A DNA stretch of 64,000 nucleotides, from the NCBI GenBank assembly GCA_040437565.1, contig JBDOQK010000008.1, positions 124,001-188,000 of the forward strand, in the 5' to 3' direction. Origin of the DNA: Albugo candida (Eukaryota). The notes beneath the pieces are model-generated. The model made no database searches and was not told where the DNA came from. It was given only the letters and a program-made list of their open reading frames with translations. The position numbers and the translations under genes were made by a program. Positions 11,592 to 25,200 of this stretch are shown here, piece after piece (within the stretch, counting starts at the first letter, position 1; each line of letters starts with the position of its first letter).

Positions 11592-13113
11592 ATGAACCGC
11601 ATGCTTAAGCTTGTTTGCGTGATATTGTTGCTCGTAGCGGTGGCTTCTAAGCGACAAAAACGAGATCGATCGGCGCCAAAGCGGAGGGAAAAAGGGGATG
11701 ACAAAAAGGAGCTGATAGCGGGGACAAGTGACGTAAAAGACAGCCAATATGATGAAGCAAGTTGGTCGAAACGCAGCAAAAGCGAAAGCAAATCCATGAT
11801 TGTAAGACCTCCAGAAGATCACGATCAAAAAGTATCGGCAAACGTGGAAACACAAGAAAAGGAAAAATTTATACGCTGTCGGATGTGTGGGGCTAAAGTT
11901 GCGCTTAAGAGGTACATTGCGTCTTTACGTCAGCTTTGCTACGGGTGACCTGAATGCTGTTGTACAGCGACTACATTCCGATGCATGATACTTCCAAGGC
12001 TATTGATTCCCGACGAGAACCATCTTTGGGCAGTGATTCATTTGTGCATACATTTGCTCATATAAATCACGTAAACAGTTTTCAGACTTCGGCTAATGAA
12101 ATGGACTGAGAAACTTACATTGTAGCCTGATATTGAATTAGCTACATTTAAAAGCACGATGGCTAAAGAGCTCGCAGAATACGATGAAGAAGCAGTATCA
12201 AATTTCGATCGTTACTCGTCAAGTGATTTGTACTGCAGCGCATGTGACCGCTTTATCGGGTATGGATCTTGCTATACTCTTGAACAATTGATGGAGACCA
12301 GTACTTCTGTGTAGTTGGGCTTATGCGCATAATGATTATCGCCGCTGTCTTCTTGAAAGTGCAAAGTTCTCGGACAAAAGCGAAGGTTTGATACCGAAGA
12401 ACGCCCGGGTCTCGAAAAAAAAGAAAAGTCTGATGCAAGAACAAAAGGTAGATTATCGAACTCGCCGTCGAGGGGCCATTGATTACTTTTTTTTTAATCT
12501 AGAAAATCGTTCAAGAAGTTCTGAAAGGAGAATGTGTCATCTTGCTCATGGACTGGTGGTCATATCAAATCTGTTATGGCAAAGAAGTTCGACAATTTCA
12601 CCGTGAACCTGACGGGAGCAAAACAAGTGACTGGAGCATGGGCGTCTACGTACCAGAAAGTGATGCTCGGTATCAGACGAATGAACATGGAGAAAATCTA
12701 GTCCAATTTTACGCCGATGGACAAGCATGTGACGAAAATGCCGCAAAACGAAGCACCAAAGTTATCTATATTTGCTGCTTGGAAAAAACTGAAGATGTTA
12801 GTATGACACTGAATATATACACATTGACGAACGTGTTTTCCTGCAGGTCGTCACTGTCAAAAGTATCAAGGAGCCTTCTCTTTGTTATTACGAGATCGAA
12901 TTATGCATCGCCAAACTTTGTCACATGAACTCAAACAGTAAAAAAATCGAGAAGAAGCATCGCTCGGTAGCTGATAACAAATGCAAAGTCCAACACCAGC
13001 AAAATGAGAAGCAGCAAACCCCCGCGACATTTTTCGCTTATCTCTGGACAGAGGTTATTTCCGATGATAGCAGTGAGCTCGATTGGATGCGTACGCTCAA
13101 GGTTACAATCTAG
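11592..13113 (+). CDS. Secreted cereblon-like (CULT/Yippee) zinc-domain protein with an inserted OS-9-type MRH lectin domain, 6 exons, about 416 aa
   Basis: Exons 11592-11911, 11968-12070, 12126-12259, 12315-12447, 12503-12796 and 12847-13113 (all GT-AG) join in frame: signal peptide, CRMC..HTF..ELATF..YCSACDRFIGWAY, then WWSYQICYGKEVRQFH..CDENAAKRST..KEPSLCYY..LC, then PATFFAYLW. Confidence 0.8.
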
Positions 13114-13272
13114 TATAAATGTCGTGATACCAGAAGTAGTCTTTCGATTAACAATCAAACATCACATTTTGAAACGACTCAAAACTATTTATGCGCTCTT
13201 TGTGTGTTTGATCATATCGGTTCTTAATCAAAGCGCAGTGTCAAAGGCACAAACGACGATTTGTCGGTGTTG

Positions 13273-16200
13273 ATGGGCACTACTACATCCTACGAAAATG
13301 AGACTGATTTCTGCAAGATTCTGGCAAAATATCCTGAAGTGCGTATCAACTACTTATTGTTTTCACAAAATGACAGGGAGTGACATGTTTTGTCAAGCTT
13401 TCTCCAGCACCGAGTGACGAAATAGCTGTACAATCGCGTTTCCGAGACCTGCTTCGAAAAAAAGGGGTGACGACTGTAATTTGTGACGAACTCAGTTGCA
13501 TCGAGTCGATCGAGACGAAATGGATGTACCTTTCCATGTGAGTCCGTCAGCGACGATCGGCTTTTGAAAGATGAAGCTTATTGTGCATCGTAGGGACGAG
13601 AAACCAGCCTTGACTGATGCTTTGGTGTCTTTGAAAGCAGCCGGGGCACAACTGAAGCTCGTGCTGACAGAAAACTGGCAATTGTTCCGTCAACAGCCGA
13701 ACTTGGCAGCAAAGCTATTCCTCCTCATTCGAATTAACATGATTTTACATTCAAAGTAAGACGATATCTTTACAAGCTCGAGTTTTATACAAACCTGTTA
13801 TTGCAGAGAATGGGTGAGCCAATTTTTTCTAGCAGAAGGAATGGAAGCAATTGTGTACCTCCTCCCGCATCCTCCATCTCTTGGACCAAATCCGACGTAT
13901 GAAGAGCTTGGATCTGCTCAGCGTGAGGATGCAAACGTCACGCAAACGGAGATTGGATTCACACGATCGCTCAAATCAAGAAAGACAACCGCTCTGCTTG
14001 CTACAATATATGAAGAAGTGCTTCATCTATTATTCGTGCTAGCTAATTCAGATGAAGGGATCTTCGCAATGGTAAAATCAAGCGAGTTGTTTTTCCTTCG
14101 ACTGCTTTTCCTTCTCAGCATACCAAATCCTTTGGGCCAACAACAAGATGTAAAAGTGGTCAATTTGTTTCGAGGCCGGATTCTAAAATTGCTCGGGATT
14201 ATCGCATGTTATTCTCGAACAACACAAATTGCTATCTCACATGCATTCACGTTTTCTGCGTCCACACAGCTAGAAGCTCGACGATTCGAAACAATTAGCG
14301 CTTTGTTCATGAAAAATGCTGCAGATACAACCTTTCAGTCGACAGTGCTCAGTTTTATGAACATCTTAATCAATACAACACTTGACCCAATGGATCGAAA
14401 CGGTATACGAGACGATCTACAGCATCTCGGAATGGTGGATATACTGGAAAAGTATCATCGACAAGGACAGAGCGTTCACTCGAGCGAGTTGTTCTTGCAG
14501 TTACAGATCTACTTTAGGCAACTTGGCAATGACATAACCCGCCCTTATCATCGTAGAAAGTGTGTTACCGATCTGGAAATTATGGAAGCAGAGAATAAAG
14601 ACAGCGAGACATATATAGATGAGAGGTTTTCACAAAATGGCTCAATACTCTTGGATGAAGGCCCAGGCGCTGGACAATCGGAAATGAATGCTGTACTAGA
14701 TTGGCCTTCATCGAACAAAGCTCCAAGGAGTGTACGGTCACGGCAGAATAAGCTTCAGCTGCACGAAGTTTTAAATCAATTGCAACATGCCGCATTAAAC
14801 CTGGACGAGGAAAGTGCAAAGAAGTTGTCAGATGCCTTAAATCTTATCAGAACCTCGATCCTCCCGACGAGTTCACTTAATGTTGACTGCTTGGTGGATA
14901 ATGTAGCTGATACAATTGACAGCCCCGTTAACTGTATGCAAACGGTCGAAATCAATGCTAACGAAAAAGATGCGAAGAAAGCCCCAAAGTCTTCTGCATC
15001 AAAGCAGTCTTCCATCGGTAGTCGCGTGATGTCGATACCCTTCATTCAAGGGCTGCGTCGAGGGATCGGATATACTCCACCATCTTCACCCATTCGTGAT
15101 TCCAGGTCTCGGAAGGTGGTTGAAGCTTTTTCATCCAAACAAGAGCAAGATAGTGTGGGTGTCGGGGCTGAGACCGCTACCAGTCCAATAGCAGCCGACA
15201 ACGAGTTTCGGGGCATTTCAAGAGCTTCCAATTGTGAGAGCCCAAAATCCACCAAAATAAAAAAATCCAAACGCCTTCATCTGAATTTTTCGTTACCATC
15301 ATTAAATCACTCCGAATCAGTAGCCTCTCCAGTAGAGCCTGACGTTGGATCACCGCCTGACTCCTATGACAACACCCCTGGAAAAGCTGGTAACGATTCT
15401 TCTCCACAAGATAGAATGATGAATAGCGGTCGACGTTTTCCAAGTCCTCGAAGAAAACAGAAATCACGAGCAAAAGCACATTCAAAGAATTTAGGTGAAT
15501 CCAACGCAATTCATAAAGGAACAACTTCAGTACCAGACTTTGTGGGCGCAGCCCAAATAGTAAGTAGTGGGAAAGAGGATGCTGCTGAGCCTTTATGCCA
15601 GGAAAGCGTTTTGACCGTCAAAGACAACCCAGCGTACTCTAAATTTTTCAAATTGCTCGCAATGGGAGCCCCGTCGATGGCTGTGAAGGCAAAAATGGAA
15701 ATGGCTGGTCTAAAAAGTGAGTTACTGGACACTCCTGATGCCAAGATAGTGATCGATAACACAGCTGCTCAGATCAACGACTCAAATCGTCATGTAGAAT
15801 GTGCTCCTTGTTTACCTCCACCTCCTCCAACAAAAGCTGCGATCAGCGCTTCCACTGCATTATCCGGTCTGTTCAGACAAAGACTCGATAAAGTCGGTAT
15901 GGCACCAGATACTCCGAACGTCGCTAGTACCGAAAGTACATCCATTTTAGTGAAAGATGATCCTAATTATGCCAAGTTTTTCAAAATGGTTAACATGGGA
16001 GTTCCACTAGAAGTGGTCAAAAATAAGATGAAACTAGCTGGTTTTGTGGAGGAACTACTGGATAAGCCTAATGAAAATCTGGCAACAGCTGTAGCAGCTC
16101 ATAAGATAAAAGACAATGGCTCAAGTAGCTCGCAATCGAATGATATAACACGTATGAAACGTACCTGGCTCTCCAGTGGTGGCGATACAGATCTCCCTGC

Positions 16201-18684
16201 TCCACCTCCAATTAGGAAATCGACCACACGACCTTTGTATTGGCAGTATATCAAAGACGATGAAGCCATCAAGGGGACAGTTTGGGAAGATTTGGCAGAT
16301 GTAAATATCGAGGCCGATCGAAGTCAGTGCAACAATGCTGAAGTCGCAATGTTCTCACATGTTCGACTAAACGATACAGATATACTGGAGCTAGAAAGGC
16401 GATTTCCCGCAAACCCAGGAATACAAAACAAGAGCTTACTTGTTGGAAATCAGCCCGGGTCACTCAGCCTATCGTCTCCAGCAAAACAGCTTTCGAGCCT
16501 GAGCGAATCGACACCACTTTCTCCTCGTGTCGTCTTCCTTATTGACAGATCTCGTTCTAATAACATTTCCATCATTGCCAGACAGTTCAGGCTGAGTAAC
16601 GAAAATATTCGTGATGCGATAAGCAAGCTCGACACCAGCCTTTTGACACTGGAAAGAGTACAGGGTCTGCTCAAGATTCTACCAACAGATGAAGAAGTGG
16701 CAGCGATTTCGGGATTTGCCGGTGATGCAACGCTTCTCAATGGTGCAGAGAAACTATTGAAAGAATTGATTGCTATCCCACGATTACAACCTCGACTTTT
16801 CACTTTACAATCGAGATTACAATTCCCAAATCTTGTATCAGAGACGCAGAATCGAATCGACAGGTTGCAGGCAGCATGCATTGAGCTACTTGAAAGTCGT
16901 GACCTCAAAAGCACTCTATTTTTGATCCTACAAGTCGGGAACAAGATGAATGAAGGCACGAGCCGTGGCGAGGCAAAAGGATTTTCATTGTCGGACTTAC
17001 CGAAACTCAGTCAACTAAAAACGGCTGACAAGAAGGAGACACTTCTGCACTTTATCGCAAAGTATCTGCGCCAAAAGTGTGGAGAAGCTGTTCAGTTGCA
17101 GAATTCACTAACCTGCTTATGTGATATACAAAACGTGCCTATTCTGGAGATTTCTCACGATGTGGATAGACTGAAAGAATGTATCGATGCTATTTCAAGT
17201 GAAGTCGATGCAAAAAAAATTCGGAAGGCTATTGATGAGATGGAAATTGAAGATACTTACATTGAGTACATGAGTAAATTTGTTGAGCAAGCGTCCCCCA
17301 TAGTCGCTGCAGTTGAGAAGAAATGGACTGAGGCTTTGGTGTCAGCTCGCGAAACAATAGTCAAATTTGAGAAGGCTGTGGCTGGGGATAATACAGCCGC
17401 AATAGCAGTTGCGCCTGAGGATACTAAGGCTGCACGAGGCGCTCTTTTGACAGGCTTATCTTCCATCTTCAGCAATATTCACGAATTTAGTTTCCAGCTG
17501 ATGAGAACCGATCGAGAAAACGAGATGCGTAGAATCAGAGACGAAAAGCTTTCATTGGCACTGAAAAAGAATCAGCGGATAGAGACTGAGAGAACAAAAG
17601 GCTGTGAAGTTGGTCCTATCAAAGATAGGATTTGTGTACGTGATTCGAAGAGTCCTATCACCTCTTTGCATGAGCACCATGCAGATGAAGCAGCGCCCGA
17701 AAAGAATGTTTTGATTGAGATTGCGACATTGTTTCCAAACAATCGGGAGGACTATGGTGACAAGTCACAAGATCAAAAACCAGATAGCTGCGTACATTTG
17801 TCCCTCCGCAGTGAGAGTGGCATTACCATTGGTGATAGAAAAGGAGAAGGAAGCTACAGAAATGCCGATCCTGTGCATTATACGGCCCAAGAAACTGACC
17901 ACCATGAAAAAAAATCGGGAGAAAAGTTTCATGGCTATAAAAGAGTCATGAAAAATCGATGTTTACGTCAAGGTTCTGTATTCAGTGCTTCTTCCGTTCC
18001 GCAGAAACGATCGGACTTTGTCAACAAAACCATTTTACTCACAAAGAACAGAAACAAACTTCATTTGGAAAATAAAAAAACCGGGCTACTGATATCAAAA
18101 CGTCACTCTCATCGAAAATCATCGAAGGAGGATGTCTTTATTCGTGACGAGATTCGACCTGAGCAAGTATATCTATCAGAGACAGTCTTACTATCTGAAG
18201 ACGAATTACAGGCGGGTACTTTGAATTATGAATGTACATTGCAAGGAATAGAGCGGAAAAGATCCATGGGAAGGAAACGTATGGTCAACAGCAAACGCCA
18301 AGTAAACATACGCTCAGTGCNNNNNNNNNNNNNNNNNNNNNNNNNNNNNNNNNNNNNNNNNNNNNNNNNNNNNNNNNNNNNNNNNNNNNNNNNNNNNNNN
18401 NNNNNNNNNNNNNNNNNNNNTCGAAGGAGGATGTCTTTATTCGTGACGAGATTCGACCTGAGCAAGTATATCTATCAGAGACAGTCTTACTATCTGAAGA
18501 CGAATTACAGGCGGGTACTTTGAATTATGAATGTACATTGCAAGGAATAGAGCGGAAAAGATCCATGGGAAGGAAACGTATGGTCAACAGCAAACGCCAA
18601 GTAAACATACGCTCAGTGCAATCAAAACTCTCCCTTCAGCCCACAGAACACGCTCAACTAAGAACGAGAACGGCAGCACTCTGA
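13273..18684 (+). CDS. Formin (GBD/FH3-like N-region, short polyproline FH1, FH2 domain); small 5' exons plus one long exon; 3' end crosses a gap duplication
   Basis: FH2 motifs RPLYWQ..GTVW, IDRSRSNNISI, KILPTDEE, ILQVGNKMNEGTSRGEAKGFSLSDLPKLSQLKT..TLLHF; FH3-like LSFMNILIN..RNGIRDDLQHLG; start MGTTTS. Confidence 0.9.
18122..18619. repeat. Gap-flanking duplication 18122-18320 = 18421-18619
   Basis: Direct repeat around the 100-N gap 18321-18420. Confidence 0.9.
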
Positions 18685-19267
18685 GCAAATGATAGCGTCT
18701 TAAATATTGATCGGAGCAGCTGCTATTGAAATCGAAAGTCAATTCTCGTGCAGTATAAGCGTATCATGATGTCCTTAGAATAGAAGTCTCATAATTATCC
18801 GTAATATTTAATCGAGAATCGATATTCTGTTTAAATGGGGCAGCAAGATTTGTTCTCACAGCGAGAAAAGTAGTTTTCCGAAGAATTCATAGAGAATCGT
18901 GTCGGATGCAGACAATTGACTATTCGGCAGCCGTACTGCTCTGATAGATCTCCAAGTACTACTAGCAGAGGTATTGCATTTATTAGCGTGGTGTTTCAGC
19001 AACCGATCATACCCGATGATAATCTACGATCAGACTCTGCGCGGTCGTTATCAGGTATTGAGCTGATTATTACAACCTTACAAAAGCACAGATGTGCCCT
19101 TTAGTGATTGACAATCTGACGCAAATGGATATCTTAGATCGAGAGAGTCTATGAATTCACGAAGAGTCGAAATTATTGGCAAAAAGGTTACGCCGCGGTG
19201 ACAGCATATCAGTTTACATCGCTCGATACAGTCCCCCAGAATTGCTCAATCAGCGATGTCCCGATAC

Positions 19268-22200
19268 TTAGTGATCCACGAGATTCGTAAGATTAGCGGT
19301 ATGGTCGATCTGATCTCTCTCCAGCAAGGTTTGAAGTGCGTTCTTCCACTCACTGCAAGACTCCGACGACAATGCTTCTAAAACGATGCTTTCTTGTCGA
19401 ACCAACAAGTGCACATATCGCTCAAGCGGGACCATTTCGATTCTTGGACCTGCACATGGAAATACTTTTGACCTTGCCGTTCGCCTACAACTTTCGCAAT
19501 TCAGTGGCGGAAGAATCTCAATCTGAGAAAGCCAGATTCGGTCAGGTTGTATATACGATCCCTTCTTCGCTTCACTCCGATAATTCATCAGTGCAGCAAA
19601 GATATCCCAAAAGGTGGCATCCTCGGTCACAGCTATTGAACGAAATATAAAGTACTCCCTTGAATATCCTAATGTGACCATAATGGTTTCTTCTTCACCA
19701 AATGAAATTTGCAGTGATTCATCCTGCTTTTCCTGCTTGCTGGGATCTTCGCGTATGACATGACGAAGTCTGAATGTGGAGGAGTTTGATAAGATCTGTA
19801 CAGCTTGACGTAGCTGTTCTTGTTTTGCATCACATAAAGATCCATTGGAGGTCTGTGGTTTTGGAGAAATGCTTGCTACGCAGTCGTCTTTTGCATCGTG
19901 AGGCTGGGAGCTGGAAAAATTTGCTACCGCGTTCTGGTCAATCTTATTCAAATGAGTCATCAAATCACGCGCTGTACGATGAATTGACTTATCTTTCCGC
20001 TCATATTGCTGCATGATAATTATTAGAGTTGTGCGGATCTGAGACTCTGTCGTTGGCAACAACAGATTGGTATCGTCGCAAAACAAACAAGAGAGAAAAC
20101 TCATACTTAGTCGCAAACGTTCAGGATCATGAAGATGAAGATAAATGCGTTCCAAAACAATTGGAATACCATCATATACGAGAAAGTAAATCAATTGCTC
20201 TGTGTCGCCGTAGCAGAGCTTCAAGATCACACTAAAAAGGCGAATTTCAATATGACGACGTAAATTTGAATCATCGGACCCAGACGGAGTTGAATCTNNN
20301 NNNNNNNNNNNNNNNNNNNNNNNNNNNNNNNNNNNNNNNNNNNNNNNNNNNNNNNNNNNNNNNNNNNNNNNNNNNNNNNNNNNNNNNNNNNNNNNNNCTT
20401 CGCGTATGACATGACGAAGTCTGAATGTGGAGGAGTTTGATAAGATCTGTACAGCTTGACGTAGCTGTTCTTGTTTTGCATCACATAAAGATCCATTGGA
20501 GGTCTGTGGTTTTGGAGAAATGCTTGCTACGCAGTCGTCTTTTGCATCGTGAGGCTGGGAGCTGGAAAAATTTGCTACCGCGTTCTGGTCAATCTTATTC
20601 AAATGAGTCATCAAATCACGCGCTGTACGATGAATTGACTTATCTTTCCGCTCATATTGCTGCATGATAATTATTAGAGTTGTGCGGATCTGAGACTCTG
20701 TCGTTGGCAACAACAGATTGGTATCGTCGCAAAACAAACAAGAGAGAAAACTCATACTTAGTCGCAAACGTTCAGGATCATGAAGATGAAGATAAATGCG
20801 TTCCAAAACAATTGGAATACCATCATATACGAGAAAGTAAATCAATTGCTCTGTGTCGCCGTAGCAGAGCTTCAAGATCACACTAAAAAGGCGAATTTCA
20901 ATATGACGACGTAAATTTGAATCATCGGACCCAGACGGAGTTGAATCTATGCTTGTTACATCCAAATTGACGAGCAATTGAAGCAGATGAAAATGAATTC
21001 TACTGTCTGGATCACCATTCTGTTCATTCCTGAAGTCATAAAATAAACCCAATTTCGGCTCTAGGCGGCTTGAAGTATACTCGTTTTGACCGAATAATGC
21101 GGATAATATTGCAATAAACTTCTCTAAAGATGATAGATATATAGATTCCTCTTCGTTTGCTGGCCGAGTGTCAGTAGCAACCTCGTCCTGATTTTGAAAC
21201 CAGATTGCTGTCGATAATAACCAAGGGACCGCCTTTTTCCAATTTGACAATATGGAATACTGAGAATGGCACCCCAAATTTACTATACAGTCGACAACAA
21301 CTTCGAGAAATGACAATGACGTGTCCTCGTGATTATCAGATGAGGGCTGCATGTCAATCCAAATTCGCACGGTGTCCATTATTGAGCACAAGAAGTCTAA
21401 ACCATGTAATCTGTCCATCCAATCTTGACCCTCTTTTGTACCGGTCAAATCATACAGCAAATCGATGGACATCTCAAGTGTGGTGGACAAAGGACACATT
21501 TGTACTTCTTTAATCCGCAATGTCACATCTAAAAGTTCATGTTCGATAATATCCATAATAGCTTGGAATACATGTGGGCTTGACAGGATTCCTCCTTTCA
21601 AATCCAGCTTTAAATTCAAGATTTCATCGCTATTTGACTGGTTTGATTCGACTTCATGATTCTTCACGAATTTCAAACAAAAAGAAAGGATTTCTAGGCT
21701 GGTAACGCAGATCGTCGAGTTACTTGAATATCGGAATGACTGTAGCAGCGTTCGGCAAAAGAAGGTTTCATCCAATGAGCTCAGTAGAGTATCGCTCATG
21801 TCAACTGCATTTTGTTGCAAAGGCGGGGAAGCTTGACTCATCGACTCAAAAGTATACATTGAAAGGGCTCGAATGATCCGAAGAGATTCCAGGACGATAA
21901 TTTTGTTTTCTGCATTATTCTCCACCGACTGAATAAGACATGACAGAAACTCCTTCCTACACATGATTTCCATTATGACTGTTATAGTGTCCAAGACACA
22001 CAGCTTTGTAAACCTCAATGCCGAGCTGAGTTGCACCGTTACCAATTGTAGTATAAAAGTCTGCTTTCGGTACGTCTGAAGTAGCCCAGTGAGGAAAGTG
22101 ATTGTTTCGAGCAGAGTTCTTCCAAGGTACTCGCTGCTCGAAGATAAAGTGGCTACTTGATTTGACGCCACATCAAATTGCAATACAAATTGTAAACACT

Positions 22201-25200
22201 TGAGGCACTTCCATATTACCCATTCGTCATGAATATGCTTACGCATGACACTCACCCAAAAATCAAAAAGCGCACCAAATATGTAACTTTCCTCACTTGC
22301 TGCATCGTTTTCATCGAGTAGAAATGCATAATCGAAGAGACTTCTCCCAATATGCATCTTCATCAGTGTCCATATCACTGTAATTCCACCACGTACTATT
22401 TCAAGTCCCTCGAAGCATTCTTTGATCAAGAAAAACGCAATTTTCAGTAAATCATCACACTTTTTCTTCTGCACTTGCCAACTGACAACAGTCATTACCC
22501 CATCGGTGACGCTGCGCTCTGTGTTAGATATTAACTTCGCGTATTCTAATGCAATGTTCTCACAGAAATCGCTCATGAGCAATGCAAATGCTGTCGACTG
22601 GGTGACATGGAGACTTGATGCAGTCAAAAAGGCGGAAAACTCCACGAAACTCACGCAGCGTATTGATTTCGTGGCGCACATATGACCAACAAACCATTTT
22701 GGCGATACGAAGGTCACCCTCGTGATGATCTGTAAACACAAAATTACCAATTCTGTTGTGTCACTATGAAAGGCAATGTGGCTAGTGAGTGCTGGGATAA
22801 TAGTGACAAATGATTGATGTTTCTTCACTTGAGTGACAACCTCGCCATGAAGTAGAAAAGCATTCAGACGAACGACGGCATCTTCGAATATTGCACATGC
22901 TGCTGGAATTGCAATTGTCTTCTTATGGTTGCTAGAGCCTACCATACCAGAAAACAATGCGGAGGGTACAAACTGGTTTCGCTTGAAGGTCGTCCTGAAT
23001 TTAGTGCCGGTATCTAAGTCGACAAATATGTCGGATCGATAATCCTCCGTGTTTTTTAATTTAAACGCTTTTTCTTCCTTCTTCCAAGCGAACGAGTTAT
23101 CATAGCATCTGATAATACGATATCCTCGTGCAATAGCTTCTTCCAACATAGACTGATTTTCAAAAAAAGTTGCAATCTGTGATTCATTATGTGCCCCTGA
23201 GTAATTCTCGAATGGGTCCGCATTTTGTGACTTGCTCTCTTGGAATGATATGTAATACAATTTCAGAATGACCTGATGAGCTTTCTCATTTATTGTATGT
23301 GTAGTATGGTTTTCTTTCCAGTCATTCAGTTGTGTATGGCATTCTTGAGCAAATCGGGAGGTCAAGACTGGGGCTGCATGGGTCACATACTGATCAATGA
23401 TGAGGAATGCCAAACGCGACAATGCTGTTATTGAGCCTTCACCACTGCAGTGATCTATCAGAGTATATAATAGCTTGATAAGAGAGGGTAACGCTGCATT
23501 AGCAGCAAACTCTGAATGACCCGTAAGATACGAACTGATTTCGAGGGCCAGCTGCACGCCTTTCTGCTGCGAGCTTTGCGTAGAGGATGCAATGAGCTTG
23601 TACAATATTTCCAGACCATTCATATTGTAAAACTCAGTCGCACAACTTTTTTTCGCGATAAATGTTCTGAGAAGGGTCAAACATGCCACCATAAAACCTC
23701 GATTTGGTACGCTTTCAAGATGCTTCACATCATCGTTTCTTGAATTCGATCTATCCTCTCCACGGTATGGAGAAGATGCGCCCAAGGAGATATTCATCAT
23801 ATTTAAAATTCCCTGTATCTCTGCTTTGCCAATCCGATTTAATCTTGGTCTGACTTTTTCGATATTGGAGACCAAGAAAATCACGACTTCTTCACTGATA
23901 TTGATATCTGCACCATCACAATCAGCACAATAATTTTGTAGCTTCTGCGAGTCAATACACATCAAATCGAGCACGTATGACATACCATTTGTATGAGATA
24001 AAAGTCTTTGTAGAAACACTATTCTGCAATCAAGAAGCCCAGCTGTTGACGAAAGTAGCCTCAGCATAGTTGTAATGGTTGCACACTTTGCGTCATTTAT
24101 TTTACTGACTATCAAATCGGTAATTCGTCGGATTATTCTCAGAAGCCTACTTGTGAGCCTCTTGATAGTATTGGTGTTTTTATGTTGACAAATATGCTGA
24201 GATATCGTCTCCAAAGCAGGCAGTTTCGTTTCAATGACAGAGTTGATTGAGGCGATGGATGGATTCCGGTGGCAAATTCGCAGTTGAAACGCAGCCACAT
24301 CAAGCCATGCGATCCAGATTACTTCTTTACACCTCCCATCAAAGACATCGTGCCACGATTTTTGCAATACTTTGTCTAATGCACCAGCTTTATCGGGAGT
24401 CCAGATATTTGTGGTGGCTGATGAAATGAGCTTTTTAGCAGCAAGCAAGATGATCTGTAAGCTAAGTCTTCGGATGCGAAATTGTTGGATGGTGAAGTGT
24501 GACCCAGGACCTTTGCAAGTGATAAATCTCGAATCTGCGATAATATCTAATAGTCTGACCCACTTCTTTTCACTTTGCTCGTCAAATATAGAGGCATCGT
24601 TCTCACAGCGATATAACACGACGTATAAAACTATCATTGTCTTCTTATCGTCCTTGTGATCTCTTTCGAGGCTCTTCATCAAATTGTTTCCACTACTCCA
24701 AAGATCCTCTTGATTACCGAGAACACTTTTCCAAAACTCCGAGGACGATTCGTATGATTCCCTATGTATTCCCTTTTCCTCAAGTAGAGCAAGAGCTAAG
24801 GCAATAGGCTCCGATGACAAGTTGAATAACTTCTCAGCAAATAATGCTCCATGTGCATCTCGAAGAGTATCAAGAATCGCTTTGACCCATTTCACCACTT
24901 CGTCACTAATGTTGACTTTCCGATCATAGGAATAATAAGATAACGTTGCAATGCTCACCAACTCCTTGGTCACTTGATGGTGTAAAATCTCTCGCACAAA
25001 TGTCCGATTGATGTGAAGCAATCTTGTGAGAATGATGGAAGTTTGTTTGAGCACAACCCTGTGCAAGCCATACGCGACTAAGGATTTGCGTTTTGAAGGC
25101 ATGTCAGTGAGATTTAGCGGCGGATATGTTGGAAAGAAGTAATACTTGATGCACCATAAAGTCCAATTAAGAAGTACTTCAGCTTCTTCTAGACTCATGA

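Noticed and set aside
19747-20948. Apparent 183-aa internal repeat in the giant protein
   Set aside because: Produced by the gap-flanking duplication happening to stay in frame across the Ns.
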